Both the position numbers and the translations under genes were made by a program. Source: Desulfobacterales bacterium (GTDB taxonomy: Bacteria; Desulfobacterota; Desulfobacteria; Desulfobacterales; UBA2245). From it: a DNA stretch of 64,000 bases. The notes under the pieces are model-generated. The model was not told the DNA's origin, made no database searches, and saw only the letters and a program-made list of their open reading frames with translations. Below, piece by piece: positions 49,119 to 59,288 of this stretch (within the stretch, counting starts at the first letter, position 1; each line of letters begins with the position of its first letter). The DNA is taken from NCBI GenBank assembly GCA_040771865.1, contig JAXGZF010000003.1, forward strand, positions 62,001-126,000, read 5' to 3'.

Positions 49119-50000
49119 ATGAAGATCACGGCGAGTGAATCCGGATTGATTCTGGATGTTCTGAAAAAGGCGTTGGGGACCGACTCAAGTACCCGGATTC
49201 GAAAATACATTCGGCATGGGCGCGTGGTTTGTAATGGCCGGAAGGTATTGCGGACGGACATGAACGTCAATTCCGGAGACGTCCTGGAGTTGACCCGGGA
49301 TCCATCGGCAGGTACGTACCGCGTTGAATCTCCTGTGCCGATACTCTATGAGGACCAGGACGTCATAGCCGTTGAAAAGCCGGCAGGAATGCTGACGGCG
49401 GGGCCCGGATCGGAGAAAAATCCCTCCCTTTACCGGTTGATGAATCTCTATGTTCGTGAAAATGCATTTCACCGGGCCGACGTATTCGTGGTTCACCGGC
49501 TCGACCGGGAAGTATCGGGAATCGTCATCTTTGCGAAAAGCCGGGAAATTCAGATGCGTATCAAGGAAAACTGGTCCACGACCGAGAAGCGTTATTACGC
49601 ACTGGTGGAAGGCCAGCCGCCGAAGTCCGAGGGAACCATCGAAAGCTGGGTTGCCGAAGACGGGCAGCAGAAAGTCCGATCGGTTCCAAAGTCTTTTCCC
49701 GGGGCACGAAACGCCGTGACGCATTATCGGACGCTCAAGTCGCTCGGGGATCATACTCTTCTCGAGATTCTTCTGGAAACGGGCCGGAAAAACCAGATAC
49801 GTGTTCATATGGCCGATATCGGCTGCCCTATTGTGGGTGATCGGCGGTATGGCGCTTCCGACCGATTTATTCGGCGGATACGGCTTCACGGGTTTTTATT
49901 AGCGTTTAATCATCCGGCCAACGGGAAACGGATCCGTATTAATTCCCGGATGCCGGCAGGATTTTTGAAGCTCGGACAGCAGGATGAAAAATACAAGTGA
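49119..50000 (+). CDS. RluA/RluD-family pseudouridine synthase with S4 domain
   Basis: ILYED...VEKPAG, VHRLDREVSG, LETGRKNQIRVH, PIVGDRRYG. Confidence 0.93.
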   Translation: MKITASESGLILDVLKKALGTDSSTRIRKYIRHGRVVCNGRKVLRTDMNVNSGDVLELTRDPSAGTYRVESPVPILYEDQDVIAVEKPAGMLTAGPGSEKNPSLYRLMNLYVRENAFHRADVFVVHRLDREVSGIVIFAKSREIQMRIKENWSTTEKRYYALVEGQPPKSEGTIESWVAEDGQQKVRSVPKSFPGARNAVTHYRTLKSLGDHTLLEILLETGRKNQIRVHMADIGCPIVGDRRYGASDRFIRRIRLHGFLLAFNHPANGKRIRINSRMPAGFLKLGQQDEKYK

Positions 50001-50014
50001 ATTTTTTCCCGGAA

Positions 50015-51232
50015 TCAACTCGAGCCCTCCGGTTTCAAACAGAAAGCGCTGAGCGGATCACCCTCGACCCCTTTGCTGCAAAGGGAGCATTTTAAGGCCG
50101 CAATGGCTTCCGGCAGATACCGCCCGTACATTTTGATCGGCAATTCCGGAATGTGGACGGTGGGCGATGACGCCAGCACGAGCAGATATTCAATCAGGTA
50201 GCCGGCGTTCTGGGCGATGGGGCCGCTGTACGCCTGTCGCTGCCGGAGACGCAGCACCCGAAGTTCATGGATCGAACGGCCGAATTCCGATTCCATGAGT
50301 TCTTCATAAGTGGTGAGAATGATCTCGACCCGGACCGTCCTGGCCCCCCGGACCGCATAGGAGACAGCATTCCGACGCAACTCGTCGGCATCCATACCGT
50401 GCCGGATGGCGATGGACCAGTCTATTTCCGCCAGATGGGCCCCCAGCGCCTCCGGCTCCGGCAGATCGATGTCTACCAGCAGGTTGACCGCATTGTAATC
50501 ACCGATGTGTCTTTCGGTCTCTACAAGGGTGATTCCGGGTTCAAGATCCAGCAACATCGGCAAACGTTCGATCATCTCCGATTCGCCGATAATTTTGAGG
50601 CCGATAATGTCATTGATGGCCAACGCCTCGCGGGCAATGCGCACGTTTTTGTTCTTAAAACGGCGCGCCACTGCCGTTTCGGCTTCGATAAAATCGTTTT
50701 GCATGGCTGCTGGAGAACTTTCGAGATCGGCCAGCATCACACCGGCCGCAGTGGCCCTCTGTCCGGCGATATGCCGAGCTTCGGCCTGGATTTCCTTGAA
50801 AAGGGCATCCACCAGGCGAAAAGAAACCTTTTCGGCAATTCGGGTCAGGCGCTTGATCCGGGCAATAGCCGAAAGGCTTGAGCCGGAGGCAGTTATCAGG
50901 GCCGCGTCGACAGGAAGGCGAGGGAAGAAATATTCCGGGTTTTCTTCAAAATCCTGGATCAACTGACAGATCCGATGGTTACGGAAAGGCAGGTGACGAA
51001 TGATTTGATCGCGTAAAGCCTGTTTCTGGCGAACCCTTTGTGCTTGAAACGAACATCCCGTCAACCTGCTGAGAAAAGCGATCAAGCGATCGACGACAAG
51101 GGATGAAATGGCGCTTTCGAACAGAAATATCCGGGTGACGGCTTTCCCGTCTTCAGGATTGAAATCATCGTTCATCCATCGCAGGGTGATTTCGAAGAGC
51201 TCATCCCGATGGGTCATGGCTGAAAGATACAT
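50015..51232 (-). CDS. Hypothetical protein with cryptic RelA/SpoT-synthetase-like motifs
   Basis: RIKRLTRIAEK, INDIIGLKII, GDYNAVNL, VEIILTT, SEFGRSIHE; GGGAGG RBS. Confidence 0.65.
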   Translation of the reverse strand: MYLSAMTHRDELFEITLRWMNDDFNPEDGKAVTRIFLFESAISSLVVDRLIAFLSRLTGCSFQAQRVRQKQALRDQIIRHLPFRNHRICQLIQDFEENPEYFFPRLPVDAALITASGSSLSAIARIKRLTRIAEKVSFRLVDALFKEIQAEARHIAGQRATAAGVMLADLESSPAAMQNDFIEAETAVARRFKNKNVRIAREALAINDIIGLKIIGESEMIERLPMLLDLEPGITLVETERHIGDYNAVNLLVDIDLPEPEALGAHLAEIDWSIAIRHGMDADELRRNAVSYAVRGARTVRVEIILTTYEELMESEFGRSIHELRVLRLRQRQAYSGPIAQNAGYLIEYLLVLASSPTVHIPELPIKMYGRYLPEAIAALKCSLCSKGVEGDPLSAFCLKPEGSS

Positions 51233-51903
51233 TTTATCCTCCCGGTTTTAGGTCTGTTTTTCTTTTGAATTGAACGGGTATTGGCTGATTAACGCGGCTC
51301 ATTACTTGATCCTGGGTATTTTTGCGAACATCTATTCCCTTTTATCCATCTACCGGTCGTGGATAGCGAAATTTTCAACCTCGTTCGGATGCCTTTCTCT
51401 CGCAAAACACCAGATTTCCCCACTCCTTTGATGTATCAGCGATGCAATAAATTCCTCTACCCGGAAGGTGCGGTTCATGCCGCAAGTGCCATGGAATGCA
51501 CCAAGTTGATAAAGTATGATATTCCGACGTCCAAATTGCAAGTTCAAAACCAGTGTTGAGGAAAATGCGATATACTTTCACGCATCCACTGTCAAAGTGC
51601 ATAGAATTCAGGCATCAGACTGTTTCTTAATATCGATAACAATTTGATATCTATCCCTATTCTGGATTCCCGATCAGCCGACGCATGCCAATTTTTTTCA
51701 GGAACGAATCGGGCTTTTCTCATGGGATTCTGACTCTGAGTTTTATTCTTCTGATAATCAACTGTTTTGACAACCGTTGCTACTTCGGTTAGAATTATTA
51801 AAAATAAATTTTCAAAATGGCCGCTTCAGGTTTTCGACCAGAGTCCGTTGTGTAAGGATTTATTCGGCAATTTTTGAAACCGGGTTTTTATGCGGAGGCA
51901 ATC

Positions 51904-52662
51904 ATGAGCGTTTTTCCCCGTTCAAAATGTTTTCTTGCGGTTCTGATCGTCACCCTCCTGAGCGCATGCCTTGCAGGATGTTATTCAAAAATTAAAGGCT
52001 GGTCCGAGGAATCCTTCCGCCGGGGATCATTCACAGAATCGGTTCTCAACCATGAGGGGCTGGCGCTTCTTCCGGTGATCGTTCTGATGCGACCCGTGGA
52101 GATGGTGCCTGAAAAGGGTGGTGAAATCGCTTCCGCCCCCTACGCGCCGGGAAAGTCGGCCGAGAAACTGGAGGAAAAACAGGGCAATATTTCCAGCGCC
52201 TACCGGATCATTCTCAATGAAACACTGCTCAGCCAGTTTCAATCCAAGCTGCCTGAAATCCGTCTCATTACACCCGGCGACGCCTTGATTCGCTTCAACG
52301 ACGCCGGCCTGGCCGCCGCCTACAGCAAGTTCGATACGGAATTCACGCAAACAGGCCTGGATGCCATCACACTTCAAAGCTTTGGGAAAGCATTGAATTC
52401 CCGTTTTCTGTTCATCAGCATCGCTGTCGTATCCGAATACAAGACCGATGCCTCCATGACATTGATCTGGACGATTGGCCGGAAATCCGAGTTCAGATCG
52501 GTAAAAATCTCCGGACAGATCTGGGACACCGAAACATGTCAGCACCTTTGGGAGGGTTCGGGCGTGGGATACAACCGGCTGGCTCCCTTTGAAGGAAGCC
52601 CTTTGCTGGAAGAAATGTCCAGCCAGGCGGTTAAAAGCCTTCTGGAAGCGATTTTCCGATAA
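51904..52662 (+). CDS. Lipoprotein of unknown function
   Basis: GGAGG RBS, lipobox LAGC, C-terminal QIWD..T...LWEG. Confidence 0.75.
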   Translation: MSVFPRSKCFLAVLIVTLLSACLAGCYSKIKGWSEESFRRGSFTESVLNHEGLALLPVIVLMRPVEMVPEKGGEIASAPYAPGKSAEKLEEKQGNISSAYRIILNETLLSQFQSKLPEIRLITPGDALIRFNDAGLAAAYSKFDTEFTQTGLDAITLQSFGKALNSRFLFISIAVVSEYKTDASMTLIWTIGRKSEFRSVKISGQIWDTETCQHLWEGSGVGYNRLAPFEGSPLLEEMSSQAVKSLLEAIFR

Positions 52663-52842
52663 GCACCAAAATGCTGAACTGTTTTTTATCCTGTGCTTAT
52701 TATTGGTCAGAGTTCAATCTTTCATATCCAAACGAATTCGGCGAACTCGGTGAGAAATATCAAGATGATCATTCCATCCGAAAAGGGGTAGTAATGATCA
52801 TTTTTTGTTTCGGGCGACATTTCTCGAAAGGAGAGCACGATT

Positions 52843-53943
52843 GTGAATGAAGCTTCGAGGAACAAGATTGCTTCATACATCAATGAGAGGATGGGACGAT
52901 TCACATTTCCTTCGCTGAATCTCAGACTGACCCGGGCCTGGAAGTTTCTCATTGCCGGCATCGCCCTGGTTTTTTTCGGCTTCAATCTCTTTTTTGTCTA
53001 TATTCAGCCGGATGAATACGGAATCAAAGTGGCCCGGGTGGGAATTCACCGGGGTGTACAAAAAAAGATCCATCAGGCGGGACTGGCTTTTGTCCTGCCT
53101 TTCGGACTCCAGCAGATGTACCGGCTTCCCAAAGGCATTCAGGTTCTTGAGCTGACCAATTTTCCGGAATCCGCATCAGTGGCGGCCAGAAAAGACCGGG
53201 CGGCGCACATTCAGACGTCGGACGGTTTTTTCGTAGATGTTGACGTTTCCTTTCTCTATCATATTAAGGATCCCTACCTGGTTTTTACCACCATCGGTCC
53301 CGGTACTCTTTTCGAAGACAACGGCATCATTCCCAAGGCCGAACCGGCTTTGAAGGAAACCCTGGGAAAGCTGACCACCGAAGAATTCTACAACAGTCCG
53401 ATGAGGGTGCGGAAAACCGAAGAAGCCAAGCAGAGACTCAACAGTGAATTGAATTTAAAGGGACTCGAAGTAGACCAGGTTCTGGTGCGATATTTTATAT
53501 ACAGTAAGGAAATTCAGAAAAACATTGAGGAGAAGAAGCTTCAGGACCAGATGGTCTTTACCAATCAGGCGGCGGCCCGCGCCGCCAAGGAGGAGGCCGA
53601 GTTGAAGAAAATCGTTCAGGAAGGGATGGTCACCGCCGCCGTTGAAATTGAAAAGGGCAAGGCCTATGTGACCCGCAAGCTCGCCGAGAAGGATCTTTAC
53701 GTTCGCAAGAAAAAAGCGGAAGCCGACCTGCTGGTGAAGCTGGCGGAGGCGGAACGCGTGCGCCTGAAGAATGAGGCTCTGAAAGGGATCGGCTCCGAGC
53801 GCATGGTGGGGCTGAAAATGGCCGATGCATACAAGGGTCTGGAGATGATCATCCTGCCCAGCGACGGCCCCGTCGGCGTCAATCCCTTGAATCTCGACAA
53901 TGCTCTGCAATTGTTTGATGTGCGCAAAGGAGACGGCAAATGA
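52843..53943 (+). CDS. SPFH/band-7 (prohibitin/HflK-like) membrane protein
   Basis: Single TM helix, YIQPDEYGI, TSDGFFVDVDVS, IEEKK coiled coil. Confidence 0.85.
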   Translation: MNEASRNKIASYINERMGRFTFPSLNLRLTRAWKFLIAGIALVFFGFNLFFVYIQPDEYGIKVARVGIHRGVQKKIHQAGLAFVLPFGLQQMYRLPKGIQVLELTNFPESASVAARKDRAAHIQTSDGFFVDVDVSFLYHIKDPYLVFTTIGPGTLFEDNGIIPKAEPALKETLGKLTTEEFYNSPMRVRKTEEAKQRLNSELNLKGLEVDQVLVRYFIYSKEIQKNIEEKKLQDQMVFTNQAAARAAKEEAELKKIVQEGMVTAAVEIEKGKAYVTRKLAEKDLYVRKKKAEADLLVKLAEAERVRLKNEALKGIGSERMVGLKMADAYKGLEMIILPSDGPVGVNPLNLDNALQLFDVRKGDGK

Positions 53944-54968
53944 GATGCTTATTCATTCGGGTTGCTTTTTTGACGGTCCTGCTCGCCGTGACCGGATGCG
54001 TTCCCCATACCACCGGAGAGACAGAGGTGGGAGTCAGAACCCGCAAAATTGCCTTTTTCGGTCCGAAAGGCGTTGAAGACCGGATCTACGCTCCGGGCGC
54101 GACCTATTTTTTTCTTCCCTTTATCAATGATTGGCATGTTTTTGATACCAAGCTGCAGAACCTGGAAATGACCTATTCGCAAATAAAAGGAGACCGCCAG
54201 TCCAGGGACGATCTGGTGCTTAAAACCATCGACGGCAACGACATCAGTCTGGATGTGATTATTGCCTATCGCATCGATGCGGACAAGGCGCCCTACATTC
54301 TCCAGTATATCGCCAGGGATGCGGCATCCCTGCAGGACAAGGTGGTGCGCACCGTCGCTCGAAGCAGGCCGAGGGACATTTTCGGCGAACTTAAAACAGA
54401 AGCCTTTTATGTGGCCGACGCTCGCGAAGCCCAGTCCGAAAAGGCCCGCAATGCTTTACGGGAAATTCTGGAGCCCATGGGCGTCATCGTCGAAAAGGTG
54501 CTGACCAATGATTATCGGTTTAACCCCGAATATCAGAAAGCCATAGAAGACAAGAAGGTGGCCGATCAGCAGGTGGAGAAAAACAAGTCCGCCCAGCATG
54601 CGGCCCGCGAAGAATATAAACGCAAGCTCGAAGAAGCCCGCGGAGAAGTCAACAAGATGGTGGCTGACGCCGATGGTCAGTATCTCAAGGAAAAAATCGA
54701 GGCGGATGTTTACCAGGAACAGCAGGAGCTACTTGCCAAGGCCATTCAGGCCGAAGGCATTGCGGAAGCCAACGGAATCCGGGAAATGAACAATGCCCTG
54801 GCAGGTGATGGCGGCGAGGCGCTTGTCAAGCTGAGAATCGCGGAGGCGATTCAGGGAAAGCGAATTATCCTGCTTCCGGTCTCGGAGGGCGGAATGAATT
54901 TAAAGACCACCGACATCAACCGGCTGATCGAAACGCTGGGCGTTCAATCTCTCTCCGGCCGGAAATGA
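53940..54968 (+). CDS. SPFH/band-7 protein with lipobox
   Basis: VTGC lipobox, EVGVR, TIDGNDISLDV, YQKAIEDKKVA; ATGA overlap with the preceding gene. Confidence 0.85.
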   Translation: MRCLFIRVAFLTVLLAVTGCVPHTTGETEVGVRTRKIAFFGPKGVEDRIYAPGATYFFLPFINDWHVFDTKLQNLEMTYSQIKGDRQSRDDLVLKTIDGNDISLDVIIAYRIDADKAPYILQYIARDAASLQDKVVRTVARSRPRDIFGELKTEAFYVADAREAQSEKARNALREILEPMGVIVEKVLTNDYRFNPEYQKAIEDKKVADQQVEKNKSAQHAAREEYKRKLEEARGEVNKMVADADGQYLKEKIEADVYQEQQELLAKAIQAEGIAEANGIREMNNALAGDGGEALVKLRIAEAIQGKRIILLPVSEGGMNLKTTDINRLIETLGVQSLSGRK

Positions 54969-55090
54969 CGGCGGGGTTATTCAGCCTAAAATGCATACCG
55001 ACGGAAGGACGTGATGATTCCGCAACACCTTGATTTCGAGTCATTTTCCCTGTAAGTGGGTGAAAATATTTTTTTTGAAAGCGTTCCGCC

Positions 55091-56860
55091 ATGTTTCGAA
55101 TCCGGCGAATTTTTGATGATGTACATCCCGCCAATCAGCACGCCATCGGCCAGATTCGGGAAATTCTGGCAACTCAGTTTCAGGCAGTTAACGGCGCCAA
55201 AATTGACAAGATTCCGGAAATGCTGAAAAATCCTTTCAAATATCAGCTCCGCTCCATGATCTATGTCGCGGAGAGCCTGGGCGGAAAGGTCCAAAGCTTT
55301 GCGCTTCTTTCGCATGATCCTGAACTCGGCTTCTGCTATCTGGATTTTTTATCCGCGGCGCCTGATGTGCGGGGTCGCGGGATGGGCGCCTTGCTTTACC
55401 AGCAGATCCAGGAAGAATCTCTTTCACTGGGCGTGATCGGCCTGTTTTTTGAGTGCCTGCCGGATGATCCGGCACTTTGTAAAGATCCTCAAATGCTTCT
55501 GAAAAACAGGGCTCGTCTGAAATTCTACGAAATGTACGGGGCAAGACCCATCATCAACACCGCCTACGAAACCCCCTTGACGCCAGAAGGCGACAACCCC
55601 CCCTATCTGGTATTCGACAACCTGGGACAGAACAAGCCCCTGAGACGGAACCTGGCCAGAAAAGTGGTGGCGGCGGTCTTAAACAAGAAATACAGGGAAC
55701 TGTGCAGCCCGGAATATGTGAAGATGGTCGTCGATTCCTTTCAGGACGACCCGGTCCGGCTGCGGGAACCGAGGTATGCGCGGAAAGAGGGCTCGGTCAT
55801 CGCACCGTCCGGCCGTCTGAAACGCATCGTCCTCGTTGTAACCGACCAGCACCAGATCCATCACGTTCACGAGCGGGGGTATGTGGAAAGCCCGGTACGA
55901 ATTCGATCGATTTTAAAGTCCCTTGAAAAAGCGGACATCTTTGAACGGGTGTTGCCGAAGGAATTTTCCGACAGACATATTTTTGCGGTTCACGATGTCG
56001 GCTACTACAAATACTTCAAGCGGGTATGCGCCGCCATAGATCCACAGCGTCCGATATATCCTTACGTTTTTCCGATTCGAAACGCCGCCAAGCCCCCCCG
56101 AGAACTGGCCGTTCGGGCGGGATATTACTGCATCGACACCTTCACTCCTATGAGCCGAAATGCATTCACCGCCGCCAAAAGAGCGGTGGACTGCGCCCTG
56201 ACGGCGGCTTTCAAGCTGATGGAAGGAGCGCATGCCGCCTACGCGCTTGTCCGTCCGCCAGGCCACCATGCCGAGCGCCGGGCTTTTGGAGGATTCTGTT
56301 ATTTCAACAATGCGGCGATTGCTGCTGAATATCTCAGCCGATACGGCCATGTCGCCATGCTGGACCTGGATTACCATCACGGTAACGGGCAGCAGATGAT
56401 CTTTTACCGGCGAAGGGATGTGCTCACCGTTTCAATCCATGGCAAACCTTCCATTGCCTACCCTTATTTCAGCGGATTTTCCGAAGAGCGGGGCCAGGAT
56501 CAGGGATTGGGCTTCAACATCAATTATCCGCTGCCAGAGCAGGTGGACGGCAGCAAATATCTGGAGATGGTCGATCAGGCCCTGTACCGGATCAGGCGGT
56601 TCAAACCGGCGTATATGGTCGTATGCCTGGGGCTGGACACGGCCAAAGGGGACCCGACGGGTACCTGGTCTTTGACGGGAAGCGACTTTGAAGCGGTGGG
56701 CAACCACATCGGGAATGTGAAGCTGCCGACCTTGGTGATTCAGGAAGGCGGATACAAAAACCGTTCCATCGGCACCAATGCCAGGCGTTTTTTCATCGGG
56801 CTCTGGCGTGGGATGTTTCAGGACGTTTCCAGAATTCCGACAAAATCCAAGGCATCATGA
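55091..56860 (+). CDS. GNAT acetyltransferase fused to histone deacetylase / acetylpolyamine amidohydrolase domain
   Basis: GNAT motif A VRGRGMGALL, RLKFY; HDAC motifs RPPGHHA, GGFCYFNN, DLDYHHGNG, GLDTAKGDP, QEGGY. Confidence 0.9.
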   Translation: MFRIRRIFDDVHPANQHAIGQIREILATQFQAVNGAKIDKIPEMLKNPFKYQLRSMIYVAESLGGKVQSFALLSHDPELGFCYLDFLSAAPDVRGRGMGALLYQQIQEESLSLGVIGLFFECLPDDPALCKDPQMLLKNRARLKFYEMYGARPIINTAYETPLTPEGDNPPYLVFDNLGQNKPLRRNLARKVVAAVLNKKYRELCSPEYVKMVVDSFQDDPVRLREPRYARKEGSVIAPSGRLKRIVLVVTDQHQIHHVHERGYVESPVRIRSILKSLEKADIFERVLPKEFSDRHIFAVHDVGYYKYFKRVCAAIDPQRPIYPYVFPIRNAAKPPRELAVRAGYYCIDTFTPMSRNAFTAAKRAVDCALTAAFKLMEGAHAAYALVRPPGHHAERRAFGGFCYFNNAAIAAEYLSRYGHVAMLDLDYHHGNGQQMIFYRRRDVLTVSIHGKPSIAYPYFSGFSEERGQDQGLGFNINYPLPEQVDGSKYLEMVDQALYRIRRFKPAYMVVCLGLDTAKGDPTGTWSLTGSDFEAVGNHIGNVKLPTLVIQEGGYKNRSIGTNARRFFIGLWRGMFQDVSRIPTKSKAS

Positions 56861-56934
56861 AATGCAAAATCTCAAGCCGGCTTCCATCCATTCTGTGGCA
56901 GCCGGCCGGATTCGGTCTTCTGGGGACAGGTTGC

Positions 56935-57396
56935 CTATGAAATTTTTTCCATCAAAGTCAAGGCCTTTTCAGCATGTTTTCTGGTTTCATTCTCAAGTCT
57001 TTTTAAAACTGTTTTCATGCGGTCGTCCATTGCCTCAAAACGGGAAAATACATTTTTTTCAAGAAGGGATTTTTCCAAATCCAGGGTATGGGCAACCGCG
57101 CTTTTGAAATCGATTTCGTCGTTTTCCGCCTGCACGGAAAGGCCTTTGACATGCTCAATGAAGATCGAAATGCTCTGCGCTGTGATTTTTCCCTCTCTGA
57201 AAGAGACCCAATCCTTTTTTCCGGCCTGATACAATTTTTGGATCAGCTCGGCATGCCGGGCTTCCTCTCCGGCAAGATCGGTCCAGAAATCCGCGTATTC
57301 GGCAAACCTGGCGGCAAATATCTGATAAAGCCTTCCGAGGATCGTTTCCTGTTGATATAGTAACTCGACGAGTCTCTTTTGGTCGGGTTCGCGCAT
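56935..57396 (-). CDS. Ferritin-like (rubrerythrin-type) protein
   Basis: E...LY...FW..LAGEEARHAE and LE...ETRKH ExxH pairs. Confidence 0.75.
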   Translation of the reverse strand: MREPDQKRLVELLYQQETILGRLYQIFAARFAEYADFWTDLAGEEARHAELIQKLYQAGKKDWVSFREGKITAQSISIFIEHVKGLSVQAENDEIDFKSAVAHTLDLEKSLLEKNVFSRFEAMDDRMKTVLKRLENETRKHAEKALTLMEKIS

Positions 57397-58017
57397 ACCT
57401 CACCTCCGCGATCGGATTGAAAGTTATAATAAACCTACGACAAATACCTGATAACCCATGCATCTGGCCTGTTTGAAGTGTTTTTGAATTTATCAGAACG
57501 AAACCGCCCGGTCCAACGGTTTCCTCAATTTGGCAGATCCTTCTGGACGGAGGTCGGGATTTCCGATTTTACTGACATCGTTCAATTTAATTCATTTTCC
57601 AGATCATATTCCAAATGAGCTGTTGACACTCTCATACCTTTTCCTTTATGATTTTTATAAAAAGAAAGTCTTTCAGTCAAAATCTCGAATCAACCGATAT
57701 TCTTCAATACCTCTGATTCTGAAGCGGATCATATCAAAGCAGCCGGTCAGCTCTGATGCAACAGAACACTTGAACTGGCTTTGAATTTTCTCAGACAGGC
57801 AGACCAGAGCTGTTTTGCGATTGGATTGGAAATTTTTCGAGTAATGATTTCGATGCGTTCTGGTGTGTTGAAATCAAAGTTTTTTTTCCGGATATGCCCG
57901 GAATCTGCGCTCGGATTTCAAATCTTCTATTGCCGGGGGCTTTTACTATGCCCCTCCCGGAAAGCTTCTGCGGGGAATTTTGCATTATGATCAACAACGT
58001 CAGCAAAGGAGGTCATT

Positions 58018-58497
58018 ATGTTCAACAAAATTCTTGTACCACTGGATGGATCCAGAATGGCGGAAAAGATTCTGCCGAAAGTCATTGAATTCGCCAAAAC
58101 CAGCAATGCTAAGGTTGTTCTGCTGCACGTCTTTTACGCGCCTGTTACCGCGATCGCAGCACAGATGCCGTCAAAACTGGAAGAAGAAGCCAAGGCCACT
58201 GAAATTGCTCAGTGCTCCGGCTATTTGGGAGAAATCGGCAAACAGTTCCAGGCAAAGGGTATACCTTTTGAAGTCAACTGCGTGAAGGGTCTGCCGGCGC
58301 GGGAAATCGTCGCCTTCGCCGACAAAAACAAGATGGATCTCATTGCCATGGCAACCCATGGAAAAGGAGAGGTGGCATGGACCCTGGGAAGCACCGCCGA
58401 AAAGGTCGTTACGCACGCAACGGTTCCGGTGCTGCTTTTTAGAGTGCTTGGGCCCAAGGTTCCTCTACTCAAGGCCGATGTTTCGCCCATGCCCTGA
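58018..58497 (+). CDS. Universal stress protein (UspA family)
   Basis: KILVPLDGS, DLIAMATHG, LGSTAEKV, VPVLL. Confidence 0.93.
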   Translation: MFNKILVPLDGSRMAEKILPKVIEFAKTSNAKVVLLHVFYAPVTAIAAQMPSKLEEEAKATEIAQCSGYLGEIGKQFQAKGIPFEVNCVKGLPAREIVAFADKNKMDLIAMATHGKGEVAWTLGSTAEKVVTHATVPVLLFRVLGPKVPLLKADVSPMP

Positions 58498-58738
58498 ATG
58501 CAAGCCGGTTTATCATTTCCAATGCGACGCCTGCGGCTGCCGGAAAGAGGCTGGCGGCTGCAGGCCGCAACGCGCCGGCTGGTGGATCGCGATATTAAGG
58601 CAGGCGATCCTTCCGGCTGTTTCGATCATAAAAGAAGATGCCGCACGGAATCCGTCAGGGCCGGTCTTTCTTCATCCTAAGCCAAATGAAAGCGTGGTCG
58701 TTTAAAGTTTTGCCGCCTTTCGAATATCCGCAGCCTGA

Positions 58739-59278
58739 TCACTCCCCGTTGATCTTGACTTTCTGGCTGCTCACCCTTTTCACCCAGTCCGGATCACTCT
58801 GAAGATAGAGCTCGGCCAGACGATTCCATTCCCGGGCCTGACGAAGGTCGCCCTTGATAAGCCACGCCTCGGCAAGGTAGTAATAATTCCGGCCGTTTTC
58901 GGGGGAAAGATTCACGGCCCTTTCGAAAACAGTCATTGCTTCATCCACTCTGTTTTGTTCAAGAAGCATTCGGCCCTGTTCCGTCAATTCCAGGGATGCC
59001 AATGTGCGGGGATCGGGTTCCGCGGGTTTTGGTGCCGGAAGTGTTTCTTCCTCTATCGGATATGCCTTCCTGGGTGCTTTTTCCGCCGGCAGCTGTTGGT
59101 TTTCCTCAAGGAAGGGGGGCTTTTTCACCGTGGTTTGACCCGGTTCGATTTTCACTTTCGAGGGCGTCTTTTCAGGCGGTCTTGCATACGGATCGATCCT
59201 TGCCCGTGCGCATCCGGATGCGGCGACTGCTATCAACAGAAGGAATACCGCCAGCCATACCCATTTTTTATCAGCCAT
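58739..59278 (-). CDS. TPR lipoprotein with Pro-rich linker (LpoP-like)
   Basis: Lipobox ASGC, Pro/Lys-rich linker, TPR FERAVNLSPENGRNYYYLAE; immediately downstream of PBP1B. Confidence 0.75.
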   Translation of the reverse strand: MADKKWVWLAVFLLLIAVAASGCARARIDPYARPPEKTPSKVKIEPGQTTVKKPPFLEENQQLPAEKAPRKAYPIEEETLPAPKPAEPDPRTLASLELTEQGRMLLEQNRVDEAMTVFERAVNLSPENGRNYYYLAEAWLIKGDLRQAREWNRLAELYLQSDPDWVKRVSSQKVKINGE

Positions 59279-59288
59279 AACTTTTTCC

